Source of the DNA: an uncultured virus (IMG/VR IMGVR_UViG_3300003394_000004)
Lineage: Duplodnaviria > Heunggongvirae > Uroviricota > Caudoviricetes
DNA length: 55,610 nucleotides
Direction: 5' to 3' (one strand)
IMG/VR virus record: IMGVR_UViG_3300003394_000004
Location: 62,001-117,610 of that record
Made by a program: the position numbers and the translations under genes
The notes under the pieces: model-generated
Database searches by the model: none
What the model saw: the letters and a program-made list of their open reading frames with translations, nothing else
Told to the model about the DNA's origin: nothing
Shown: piece after piece, positions 18,656-27,664 of the stretch
Layout: the number at the start of each line of letters is the position of its first letter
Numbering within the stretch: position 1 is the first letter of the stretch

Positions 18656-19726
18656 TTAAAAATTAACGTATACTCCTTTGGGCGATGTACCTTGTTTAAA
18701 GAATTTTACTTTATCATTAAAATCAAAAATTAATTCTTTAACTACTTTTTTGTTACGAATAAATTCATCACTTTCAACAATATACACAGTATAACCCTCT
18801 TTTAAAAAGTCTGATACCAACTCAAATTTTGGTGATTCTGTAATATCAATAGACATGTCTTTATATCCAATACCGTTAAACACAAAAGGTATTGTCTTGT
18901 CAGGATTTAAATTGATAAAATGTTTTTTAATAAATTGATGATGATTTAAATTGAAATCCTCATTGACAAATGGTAACACAAATTCTAATTTGTTATCATT
19001 AGATACTTGGCCTAACACTCTATTTTCTGTCGGAACCCAAGGACCACCAACACCAAATCCAAAATTAAAATTATTATCTGAAATTGATTTATCATATCCT
19101 AAACTTTTAAGTAATAATTTTGTTTCATCTGAAGTACCAAAATTTAACATTAACTCACCTAAAAAATTTGCAAAATTAATTTTGGTGTGGATATACGAAC
19201 TATATGCCAATCTGTAAATTTCCGCAGACTTACTTGTCATTGAAATAACATTTAATTTATTATTTTTTGATGGTTGGAATAGGTCTGTAATTGTATTAAT
19301 AACTTCTGAATCAAGACTACCTACTACTATTGTTTTTAAGTTACTTAGAGATGATAATATGTTGTCAGATTGGATTATTAATGGTAGATAACATACTTTT
19401 AGATTCATTGGATTTAATATTTCCATGATTTTTTTAGTGTCACCAGGATTTAATGTTGAACAAATAACAAATGTTTTGTTATATAGTGGGATTTCATCTT
19501 CAAATGAAACACCAAAATCTTCAACAACAGCCATAACATTTGTTATGTCTAAAAAATTTGATGGTAGTATGTTGGTATCAACACAACAAAAAATAATATC
19601 TGAATTACGTATAACATCAACATTATCACCATCAACATCTGAAACATAAATTTCATGTTGTTGTTCGGATAAAAAATTTAATAAATTTAAACCTAAATTA
19701 CCAACTCCAATTATACCAAGATTCAT
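18656..19726 (-). CDS. UDP-glucose/GDP-mannose dehydrogenase family homologue with degenerate active site
   Basis: GIIGVGNLG, IIFCCVDT, ICSTLNPGDT, SAEIYRL...TKINFAN, GFGVGGPW, GIGYK and ESP. Confidence 0.8.
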   Translation of the reverse strand: MNLGIIGVGNLGLNLLNFLSEQQHEIYVSDVDGDNVDVIRNSDIIFCCVDTNILPSNFLDITNVMAVVEDFGVSFEDEIPLYNKTFVICSTLNPGDTKKIMEILNPMNLKVCYLPLIIQSDNILSSLSNLKTIVVGSLDSEVINTITDLFQPSKNNKLNVISMTSKSAEIYRLAYSSYIHTKINFANFLGELMLNFGTSDETKLLLKSLGYDKSISDNNFNFGFGVGGPWVPTENRVLGQVSNDNKLEFVLPFVNEDFNLNHHQFIKKHFINLNPDKTIPFVFNGIGYKDMSIDITESPKFELVSDFLKEGYTVYIVESDEFIRNKKVVKELIFDFNDKVKFFKQGTSPKGVYVNF

Positions 19727-19727
19727 T

Positions 19728-20390
19728 TTAATTGTTGTTTAATATTTCATACATTTCAACCATTGTCTGAGAATCAATATAATGATAGGTAAACACATCT
19801 TTAATTGATGATATATCTATATTATAATATGTTGGTGATTGACCATTAAATTTTTCATTATGTTCTATTTGAGTAACTAGTTTAGGTATCTGATTTACCA
19901 CCTTTAAACCTAATTCTATAATAGAAAGACCTAATGTAACATCAGAGTATCCCGTATCTTTTATTGTAATCATTGGTGCAATTTTTTCTAAAATATTTTT
20001 ATTTATTAAATAACCTGCTCCACCTGAACAGTATTCTAGATTAGTATCGGTTGGCCAAGTACCTTTTAATTTTTGTCCAATAATTTTTTCTTTATCAAAA
20101 TTATTTAAATTTTCTTCTAATTTTTTAGTGTTTACAAATGTATCATCATCACAAAAAAAGAACCATTCATATTGATAATCATTATCAAATAAATATTTAA
20201 TTACATTTACATGTTTTGCTTCATTTGAGCTATATGAAGTATCATCAGAAACTTTAATAATTTTTTTTTCTTTATCATCACAATCAGCATAGAATATAAA
20301 ATCCACGTCTTTACCCCACGTATTAACAACAGCATCATATCTTTCTGGTCGTGTACAGGTGTGAAGAATCACATATAATATTTTTTTCAT
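19728..20390 (-). CDS. Fringe/GT31-like glycosyltransferase
   Basis: TWGK, WFFFCDDDTFVN, YCSGGAGYLIN, SDVTLG and TYHY. Confidence 0.85.
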   Translation of the reverse strand: MKKILYVILHTCTRPERYDAVVNTWGKDVDFIFYADCDDKEKKIIKVSDDTSYSSNEAKHVNVIKYLFDNDYQYEWFFFCDDDTFVNTKKLEENLNNFDKEKIIGQKLKGTWPTDTNLEYCSGGAGYLINKNILEKIAPMITIKDTGYSDVTLGLSIIELGLKVVNQIPKLVTQIEHNEKFNGQSPTYYNIDISSIKDVFTYHYIDSQTMVEMYEILNNN

Positions 20391-21046
20391 GACACCGCTA
20401 AATAATCTGTCCCAACTGGCATATCATTGTGGTCAATACGACTTCCAATAAACTCACCAGGGTTTCTTTTGATGGGAAAAGGTTTATTTTCAAAAAAATC
20501 ATCATGTGTACATCTGTCATCTTGAAATATTGAATATATAGTTTTTAAGAATGTTTGGTCATTACCATATTGAAGTTCTTTTAACTTTGGAAATTTTTTA
20601 ATTAAATCTGTTAATGGAATAACCCCTGATTTAATACCCCACATACCGCCTAAGATACCTAAACCTGTATTTCCATAAGGAATTCTATGTGCTGGATGGT
20701 CTCTCATTACGTGAATGGATTTTCTACTATTAATCCACTCATCAACTGCAAGTTTTTCTCTTTCAGTTAAACGAGCATCAGTATCTCTAAAAATTGCATA
20801 TTGACAATTAGGTTCATCGTGAGCAAAAAATCTCCAAAACATACCATAGATATCAGTTCCTGTCATATCTTTAACTACAACATCTAATTCTTTTAATTTA
20901 TCAATTGTTTCAGATGGTACTGTATTATCATAATAAACAATCATTTTCCAATTAGGGTAGATTGTTTTCATAAGTTCAGCATTTCTAATTGCTCCAACAT
21001 TATAAATTGGTTGATTTCCCCATAGACTAAAACTCACATAATTCAT
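20387..21046 (-). CDS. Uncharacterised putative GT-A protein (SFSLWG/RDxD/MRDHP family)
   Basis: VSFSLWG, MFWRF, FRDTDAR, MRDHPAH, ILGGMWG and DQTFL. Paralogue of 42358..43068. Confidence 0.6.
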   Translation of the reverse strand: MNYVSFSLWGNQPIYNVGAIRNAELMKTIYPNWKMIVYYDNTVPSETIDKLKELDVVVKDMTGTDIYGMFWRFFAHDEPNCQYAIFRDTDARLTEREKLAVDEWINSRKSIHVMRDHPAHRIPYGNTGLGILGGMWGIKSGVIPLTDLIKKFPKLKELQYGNDQTFLKTIYSIFQDDRCTHDDFFENKPFPIKRNPGEFIGSRIDHNDMPVGTDYLAVS

Positions 21047-22476
21047 TATTGTACTTTATTTTCAAGAAGTTCGTTTATTGTACTTTTTTCATCAACATAA
21101 TGTCCCTGTGTCTTATGTGAGTCCATTTGATAATGTTTTAAGTAACCATTTGTTAAAATTAATTTTTTACTTTTCATAGATGCAAAAATGGTAATTGACC
21201 TTTCGTGTAGGTGACCAGCATTTGGGTCAACTTTAATCTCGTCAATCATTGGTGACATCCAATTCATATATTGGTCAAATACATTTTTTCTAAAAGTAGT
21301 GTTTGATGTTGATGACCAATAACCCATTTTTCCTTCAGAAATTACCCCCATCAATATTTTTTGAATGTCAACATGATATGTCTTTCTAATTGTTTTAAAT
21401 AAAGTTTCAATAAATGGTGGGTGTTGAATAAACATTGGGTGTGGTGCGGGAAATGGTATATATCCAATCATGTCTAACTTATCGTACAACATCTTTGAAA
21501 TTTGTGGTAAAAAATCATGAACATAATTCACATCATATTCAAATAAATTAACATATTCAGTATCAATTAATTTATGTTTCCATAATGTGTACCAACCGCT
21601 AAATGATGTTAGTTTTGGATAGTCTTCTAAATGACCCTCATAGTTACGAGAAATAATAACATTTGGTAAGTTTTCAATTTTGTCAATAGGTCTATTACCG
21701 ACAAACACATATGTGTAATTATTAAATCCTTTAAATTTACTATTTTCCTCAAACAATTCTACCAAATCTTGGTCATGAACAAAAATAAATGTTTTTAATG
21801 TTTTATCGGTAATTGTAATATCAACTGGTAATACATCTTCAAATTTTTTGGCAAATTCAACTCTGTTTGCCTCCCATTGTTCGTTTGTTTGACCAATGGA
21901 TAGGTGGGTTACACGAATATCAGTACAAACACCAACTTTAACACCTTCAAGATGATTTTGGAATGAGAATGTTACATCATAAAAATGAAAACCTTTTACA
22001 GTTTCATCAAAATTCTTTTTAATTCTTTGTTTATGTAATGCAAAAAATAAACCATCAACCATTAACGTTGATTCAAGTTTATTTCCAATGTCTTTTGAAT
22101 ATTTTGATTCCCATTTTTTACCTTCATTTTCGTGGTTTACAATACCATACATTGTTGGTTGTACTTCCCACCACATACCAGACTTTGGCATGTATTTGGA
22201 ACCGGCTAAACCAATGATTCCATATTCAGGGTTCTTTTCAAAATGGGATTTAATTTTATATGCCCAACCATGTGTATCAAATTTTAAATCATCATGACAT
22301 AAAACAACAATATCATTTTCTGATTGTTCTAAAATCTTATTATAAACTTCAGATAATGAATACTCACCATTATTTTCAATTGGAATAATCTGAACATTTT
22401 TACTTCCACAACTTTTTTCTAATTGTAAGATGTAATTTTCATCAATTTTTCTTGTACTATAACCTATTGTAATCAT
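21046..22476 (-). CDS. Two-domain glycosyltransferase (Glyco_tranf_2_5-like plus a second GT-like domain)
   Basis: VLCHDD, GIIGLAG, VDGLFFA and FHFYDV. The C-terminal domain has FEYDVN and HERS. Confidence 0.75.
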   Translation of the reverse strand: MITIGYSTRKIDENYILQLEKSCGSKNVQIIPIENNGEYSLSEVYNKILEQSENDIVVLCHDDLKFDTHGWAYKIKSHFEKNPEYGIIGLAGSKYMPKSGMWWEVQPTMYGIVNHENEGKKWESKYSKDIGNKLESTLMVDGLFFALHKQRIKKNFDETVKGFHFYDVTFSFQNHLEGVKVGVCTDIRVTHLSIGQTNEQWEANRVEFAKKFEDVLPVDITITDKTLKTFIFVHDQDLVELFEENSKFKGFNNYTYVFVGNRPIDKIENLPNVIISRNYEGHLEDYPKLTSFSGWYTLWKHKLIDTEYVNLFEYDVNYVHDFLPQISKMLYDKLDMIGYIPFPAPHPMFIQHPPFIETLFKTIRKTYHVDIQKILMGVISEGKMGYWSSTSNTTFRKNVFDQYMNWMSPMIDEIKVDPNAGHLHERSITIFASMKSKKLILTNGYLKHYQMDSHKTQGHYVDEKSTINELLENKVQ

Positions 22477-22478
22477 AC

Positions 22479-23081
22479 TTATATCCCTGTACTACCAAAT
22501 CCTTTATCCCCTCTGTCCTTACCTGAAATTTCAGAAACTTCAACAGGGTTTATCCATCTGCCATTTGCCACAGGACAAACACATGCCTGAGCAATTTTTT
22601 GACCTTTATCAACTTTAATTGTGTTTTGCGTTGAGTTATATAGGATTACTTTAACTTCACCGTCATATCCAGAATCAATTGTTCCTGGTGTGTTTAAAAC
22701 AGTTAATCCTTGTTTTAATGCTAAACCACTCTTTGGTCTGATTTGAATTTCATAACCGTCTTTAATGTTAAACTTTAATCCTGTTCCAACCACCATTCTT
22801 GATAATGGAGGTATCATTGTTGATTCTGTTGAATGTAAATCAAATCCTGAATCTGTTGGGTAATTATAACTTGGTGACACAGCATCGGCATGACATTTAA
22901 CAAATTTTAAATCTAATTTTGGTTCTTTTTCACTAAATGCTTTTTCTAATTCTTTTAAATTAACACCGTGAATTTCTTCAATTTCAAGTTCAGAAGTACC
23001 ATCCATTTCATTTTGAAGTTGTTTCAAGATATTAGATAATTCTTGTTGCAACAAGTCCATTTCATCGTTTTCGTTATTCAT
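22479..23081 (-). CDS. dut: dUTPase (trimeric type) with an acidic N-terminal extension
   Basis: SGFDL, RPKSGLA, NTPGTIDSGYDGEV, KIAQ and RGDKGFGSTG. Confidence 0.95.
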   Translation of the reverse strand: MNNENDEMDLLQQELSNILKQLQNEMDGTSELEIEEIHGVNLKELEKAFSEKEPKLDLKFVKCHADAVSPSYNYPTDSGFDLHSTESTMIPPLSRMVVGTGLKFNIKDGYEIQIRPKSGLALKQGLTVLNTPGTIDSGYDGEVKVILYNSTQNTIKVDKGQKIAQACVCPVANGRWINPVEVSEISGKDRGDKGFGSTGI

Positions 23082-23082
23082 A

Positions 23083-23784
23083 TTATTGTAGTTCTTTAAA
23101 TTTTTTAATTATATCAATCAATACCATTACATCTCTTTCACAATATTCAACAATCAAGTCAAGTTGATTAAAATCGTAGTATGCTTCGTGTACTCGGTTA
23201 CCCGTAACTTCACCTTCTTTTGGTGATTTAACACCCATGGCAGCACACATAAGTTCCAATGATGATAATGCAAAGTTATTACCCATTTTCCATACATCCA
23301 TAGTATCAATTGCTTTGATTTCCCAAGGCTTTGTATCATAAGATGGTAATAGTGGTGATGGTTTAATTCCATTGATAACCATACGTTTATTTAACACAGG
23401 AATATCAAAGTTTTTAATGTTATGTCCACATAACCAAAAATCTAATTTGAATACTTTATTCAAAAGGGCGTTAATACCCAATAAGATTTCTTTTTCATCA
23501 TCACCTGAGAAAGTTTGTGCGTGTGTTTTTCCATCAGGACCAACAAAGGCAAAACTTGCACAGACAATTTTTGAAAACTCAGGAACAAGTGCCGCTCGGT
23601 TTACAAAAACTTGTTGTGGGTCCAACCCTTGGTCTTCAGGAAATCTTTTCTGAAACCAATCAAAGTAATTGTTAAATTGTTTTGTGAGTGCTGGATGATT
23701 TTGTTCAAGACCATCGTAGTCTTTATGCAATCCAACAGTTTCAATGTCAAAAAATAATAGTTTAGTTAATGGTACCTGTATCAT
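23083..23784 (-). CDS. DnaQ-fold 3'-5' exonuclease, PolB-exonuclease-like
   Basis: FFDIETV, GHNIKNFDIP, IDTMD and YCERDV. Confidence 0.9.
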   Translation of the reverse strand: MIQVPLTKLLFFDIETVGLHKDYDGLEQNHPALTKQFNNYFDWFQKRFPEDQGLDPQQVFVNRAALVPEFSKIVCASFAFVGPDGKTHAQTFSGDDEKEILLGINALLNKVFKLDFWLCGHNIKNFDIPVLNKRMVINGIKPSPLLPSYDTKPWEIKAIDTMDVWKMGNNFALSSLELMCAAMGVKSPKEGEVTGNRVHEAYYDFNQLDLIVEYCERDVMVLIDIIKKFKELQ

Positions 23785-24992
23785 ACTATAGATTTATAAA
23801 ATTCTGCTCTTGTTTTAGTTACGACATTTAAGTCATACGTGTCTTTTACTGTTTCATACAACCTTTCACCTAAATCGTGAGCCCAATTTGGGTTGTCAAT
23901 AAGTTTCTTAGCATATTTAAACCAATCACTATGATTTCTACTTTCGTCAACCAACAATGCGTTTCCGTCAACAAAGTTACCATTTTGTAATGAATGTTTC
24001 AAGTCAATTGTATATGGTCCTAAATTTGATGCAATTAATGCTTTCTTATAAAAACCTGCTTCAATAACTTTTAATTGTGATTTAACTCGGTTAAATATAT
24101 GATTTTTAATCGGTGCCAAAGACACATCAAATTTTGTGTAATTTTTAGCATAACTTTGAACAGGTCTTGTCCATACACGATGGTAATATTCATCTGAAAA
24201 TTTAGAATAATCTTCTTCTTTAAATTTTAATAAAAAATCTTTATAATCAGGACTGATTAACTTTCCATTATCTGTAAAGATATTTTCATATTTAAACCAA
24301 ACAGTTTCTTCTGGTTTAATGTCTCTCTTAGTTTGTTCTTTTGTTTCAGAATTAATTTCTGTTACACTACCTCTAATGTCAAAACCACATAAATAAGTTT
24401 GTACTTTGTTTTTATATGGTTCCATTCTTTGAAACAATCCATCTAATAACATTAAATCATATAAGTGGGATGAACCACCTAACCAACCAAATCGTAATTT
24501 TTCTGATTTAATTGTTGGTTCACAAAACTGTGGTTCTTTTGGATTAATTGCATTTGGAAAAATAAAAACATTTTTATTGTATTTTTTAATTTCATCAGCA
24601 AAAAGTGTTGTTGTAGTTAATACATAATCAGCCACTTTAATGTTATCTACAATTTTTTCGTGAATTTTATTAACACGAATTAAATCGTGAATTGGGTGTT
24701 CTTTGGTTGGTAACCAATAATCATCCAAATCCATTACGGTTTTAATACCTCTTTGTTTTAGATAGTTAACAATGTTTGGTGTGTTTTCATAATTACCAGC
24801 AATTACCCTATGAAAATGAACAATTTGATAATCATCCCATACTGACGGGTTGTTGATATCTAAATCAAAAACAATATCAACATGAAAATCATCGGGATAT
24901 AAATTTTGTAAAAAAATGTGGGGGTCAACAGAGCGGAATTTTCCGACACCTGTTCTGTCTGATGGTAAAACTAAAACTTTGATTTTTGACAT
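23781..24992 (-). CDS. Glycosyltransferase, GT-B fold
   Basis: MDLDDYW, FGWLGGSSH and FDVSLAP...FNRVKSQLKVIEAG. Confidence 0.85.
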   Translation of the reverse strand: MSKIKVLVLPSDRTGVGKFRSVDPHIFLQNLYPDDFHVDIVFDLDINNPSVWDDYQIVHFHRVIAGNYENTPNIVNYLKQRGIKTVMDLDDYWLPTKEHPIHDLIRVNKIHEKIVDNIKVADYVLTTTTLFADEIKKYNKNVFIFPNAINPKEPQFCEPTIKSEKLRFGWLGGSSHLYDLMLLDGLFQRMEPYKNKVQTYLCGFDIRGSVTEINSETKEQTKRDIKPEETVWFKYENIFTDNGKLISPDYKDFLLKFKEEDYSKFSDEYYHRVWTRPVQSYAKNYTKFDVSLAPIKNHIFNRVKSQLKVIEAGFYKKALIASNLGPYTIDLKHSLQNGNFVDGNALLVDESRNHSDWFKYAKKLIDNPNWAHDLGERLYETVKDTYDLNVVTKTRAEFYKSIV

Positions 24993-24993
24993 A

Positions 24994-25026
24994 AGTAAAC
25001 TTTTTCATAATAATAGAAAGTTTACT
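24994..25026 (-). promoter_or_regulatory. Perfect 10-bp inverted repeat abutting a start codon
   Basis: AGTAAACTTT (24994-25003), N13, AAAGTTTACT (25017-25026). ATG at 24992. Confidence 0.6.
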
Positions 25027-25041
25027 CAATAAATCAAAGTA

Positions 25042-25647
25042 TTATTTCATCTTTTTAATTTTTGTTACAACACCTTCAAACACGTGTTGACCAACTCTAA
25101 AAGAAATTTGTTCTTTAGTTTTTGACGCACTTTCAACAACCATACCTTTTTCAGTCAAAACTTCAGTTATTGTATCTCTAATAATTGACTTTAATAGACT
25201 ATAGTCAATACCAGAGGTATTTTGTCCTTGTTGATACTGTACTTGAGGTTGTCTTGGCACGTTTGATTCACTTACATTACCACGAGCATCTGTTTTCATT
25301 AATCTCGCTGCCGCTTCAACAACTTCATTAGATAATGTTGGACCACCCATATTGTTTGGTTTGTCAATAGGATGTTCAATCATCAATCTTTTAATTTCAT
25401 CAGGTAATCTTGAATTTAAAATTCTGTCTTTAACGGGTAATTGAGATGTTTGTTGTGGTTGAACTTGTTTTTGTTCTTCCATATATTCTTGTGGAATATT
25501 ATACATTGCTGGCGGTGTGTTAAATTGTTCTAACATCGGTGTTGATGGAATTCCACCACTGTTTCCAGCTCTTGGTGTTTTATTATGGGCATCCATAATT
25601 TTTTTAGCCACCACTAATTTTTGCATTAAATCGTTTTCTGAGTTCAT
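25042..25647 (-). CDS. Hypothetical protein
   Basis: 201-aa Q/P-rich ORF, last gene of the 27617-25042 operon. Confidence 0.75.
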   Translation of the reverse strand: MNSENDLMQKLVVAKKIMDAHNKTPRAGNSGGIPSTPMLEQFNTPPAMYNIPQEYMEEQKQVQPQQTSQLPVKDRILNSRLPDEIKRLMIEHPIDKPNNMGGPTLSNEVVEAAARLMKTDARGNVSESNVPRQPQVQYQQGQNTSGIDYSLLKSIIRDTITEVLTEKGMVVESASKTKEQISFRVGQHVFEGVVTKIKKMK

Positions 25648-25650
25648 ATA

Positions 25651-26046
25651 TTATGTTGTTGTGTTATCAAATTTTGCAATTAAGATAACTTGGGTCATAC
25701 TTTTATCTCCATTAAAGTTATAGCCAGGTTGTGCCTGAGTAAAGTTTTCACGTGTAGGTTTTAACATAGTTATTTTATCAACACGAAATAATCTCCAAGA
25801 TGGTAATGGTTGTTCACCTTTATAAGCGGTGTGAGACGCTCCCGTTCTATCCCATCCTCTAAGAACTAAATTACCCGCCTTTGAACGTCCTAACGCAACA
25901 GGTTCAATTTCACGTAATCCTCTTCCTCCTGGTTCATCACCTTCATAGTAAATGGAGCATACTTGTTTTTGTTCAATAGATTTTTTAATATCATCTATTG
26001 ATGCCGCTTCAGTTATTAAAGATTTTAACGAACCAATTAATTTCAT
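25651..26046 (-). CDS. Stand-alone WYL-domain protein
   Basis: SIYY...REIEPVALG...LVLRGW...WRLFRVDKI matches the WYL fold pattern (R.I.P..L...R.FRLDRI). Confidence 0.75.
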   Translation of the reverse strand: MKLIGSLKSLITEAASIDDIKKSIEQKQVCSIYYEGDEPGGRGLREIEPVALGRSKAGNLVLRGWDRTGASHTAYKGEQPLPSWRLFRVDKITMLKPTRENFTQAQPGYNFNGDKSMTQVILIAKFDNTTT

Positions 26047-26339
26047 TATTCTACACCTTTTACGTTGTAAGGTTTGTCTGCTTGATAAGCATTAAATTTA
26101 ATGTTCATCTTTCTTTCAAAAATGTCAATTGATGTTCCCGCACTTTCATTACGAGTGTCTGAAGTACCTATACCTCTTCCCATCGAATCTCCATCCGCAA
26201 GTGCGGCCGGATTAGTGGTGCCATATTCATTGCTTTGTTGAATAAAATCATTTTTTACAATGTTCTTTTTTCTTTCTATTTCCGCAATCGCAGTTAATCT
26301 ATTAGCTGGTTGTGAAAAATCTAATGGTAATTTTTCCAT
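26046..26339 (-). CDS. Hypothetical protein
   Basis: 97-aa ORF coupled to the WYL gene. Confidence 0.7.
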   Translation of the reverse strand: MEKLPLDFSQPANRLTAIAEIERKKNIVKNDFIQQSNEYGTTNPAALADGDSMGRGIGTSDTRNESAGTSIDIFERKMNIKFNAYQADKPYNVKGVE

Positions 26340-26344
26340 AACTT

Positions 26345-26815
26345 TTATATTATTTTTTTCATAATGTTATTTATCCTTTTTAGGCTTTCGGTTACTTGTA
26401 AATCATATTTTTCAAGACTTGTTTTATTTGCTCCGTCTTTTGAAATATTAAGATTTACATTTGCATTTGGTGTTTGAACAAATTCTTTTTCCATACCAGT
26501 GTCTTGTCTGATATTTTTGGAAGTTGCTAGTGATTGTCTTGCACCTGATAATGATGAATTAACAAAATCTCTCATTTTACTTTCACCGTTTAAAATAAAT
26601 GGTGCGTCTTGAGGTGTTCCTGTGTGATTATCAAAAAAGTTTTTTACTCTTTTTAATTCAGGATAAGAAATTGTTGTTGCCGTCTGTAATCTTCTGTTAC
26701 GATTATATCCTTCAGTATTTGCATCAGCGTTTTTGACCTTAGCAAAACATACTCTCATATGATTCTGCAAATCTTTTGGAAAATCCCAACTCTTATCATA
26801 AAGTTCTTTATTCAT
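26345..26815 (-). CDS. Hypothetical protein
   Basis: 156 aa, with an ISYPELKRVKNFFDNH segment. Confidence 0.7.
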   Translation of the reverse strand: MNKELYDKSWDFPKDLQNHMRVCFAKVKNADANTEGYNRNRRLQTATTISYPELKRVKNFFDNHTGTPQDAPFILNGESKMRDFVNSSLSGARQSLATSKNIRQDTGMEKEFVQTPNANVNLNISKDGANKTSLEKYDLQVTESLKRINNIMKKII

Positions 26816-27617
26816 TTTTTAGTAACTTTAAAATATCAGAATTACTTAACCCTTCTTTTTCCGCCATTTTTTTAAGAGTTCTTAAATTCTTAATTAATAA
26901 TTTTGATGCGTTTATTTCTTTATTTTGAACGTCAGTATCTTTTGATTTTTTTGTTACCATATCCTCAAGAACTTTAATCATTTTTTCTTTTTGGACTTCT
27001 TCTAATCTTTTTCTTGTAAAAGAACCTGGTAATTTTTTCTTTTCTAATTTTGGGTCATAACCCATTTCTTTAGCTCTACCTTTTGGGTCCTCAACACCTA
27101 ATTCTTTAAATGTTTCAATCGCTTCTTTGGCATCTTCACCTTCTAATTCAGTTTCTTCAAAACCAAAGGCTCCACGAGCATCAATTTCTCTAACAACACT
27201 TTCACCATAGTAAACTCTATATCCACGTAATAATGGGTTTGTTGCTTGTCTAGCGGCAAACACAGTTTGGTCCATAGTTTTTGTTGGTGATAAAGTAGGG
27301 TCATGAATTGGAACTTTTGAATTTGAAAAACTACCATCGTAATCAACAAGTTCTTCAATTTCACCTTTTTCAGATGAAATTTTATCCATAATTCTTTTAA
27401 TATCTTTTTTTGAAAATTTTTTCTTTGACTTTGTTAATTTTTCAATAACTAATTTTAGTTTAGTTTCATTAATTAAAGGTATTTTAACAATTTCATCCAT
27501 TGTTCTGGCTTCTGTAATTGTATTACCAACAGAATAGTAGACATCAATAGAATCTTTTCTTTTCTTTAAGAAAAAATACATGTCATTGTTATAATATTCA
27601 CGACCAAATTCAACCAT
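26808..27617 (-). CDS. Hypothetical K/E-rich protein
   Basis: 269-aa first gene of the operon, preceded by TATTTAT. Confidence 0.7.
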   Translation of the reverse strand: MVEFGREYYNNDMYFFLKKRKDSIDVYYSVGNTITEARTMDEIVKIPLINETKLKLVIEKLTKSKKKFSKKDIKRIMDKISSEKGEIEELVDYDGSFSNSKVPIHDPTLSPTKTMDQTVFAARQATNPLLRGYRVYYGESVVREIDARGAFGFEETELEGEDAKEAIETFKELGVEDPKGRAKEMGYDPKLEKKKLPGSFTRKRLEEVQKEKMIKVLEDMVTKKSKDTDVQNKEINASKLLIKNLRTLKKMAEKEGLSNSDILKLLKNE

Positions 27618-27633
27618 AATGATTTTTTATACT

Positions 27634-27659
27634 ATAAATACTACAATAAAAGTATTTAT
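27634..27659. promoter_or_regulatory. Back-to-back divergent TATTTAT motifs
   Basis: ATAAATACT (27634-27642), N8, AGTATTTAT (27651-27659), between divergent ATGs 27617 and 27665. Confidence 0.65.
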
Positions 27660-27664
27660 GTCAT

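Noticed and set aside
27633..27640. TATAAATA as a canonical T4 late promoter on the plus strand (also 10230-10237)
   Set aside because: At the other sites the sense-strand motif is TATTTAT, and at 10230 the T4 orientation would point antisense into a gene. Better explained as the minus-strand motif, though not excluded at 27633.
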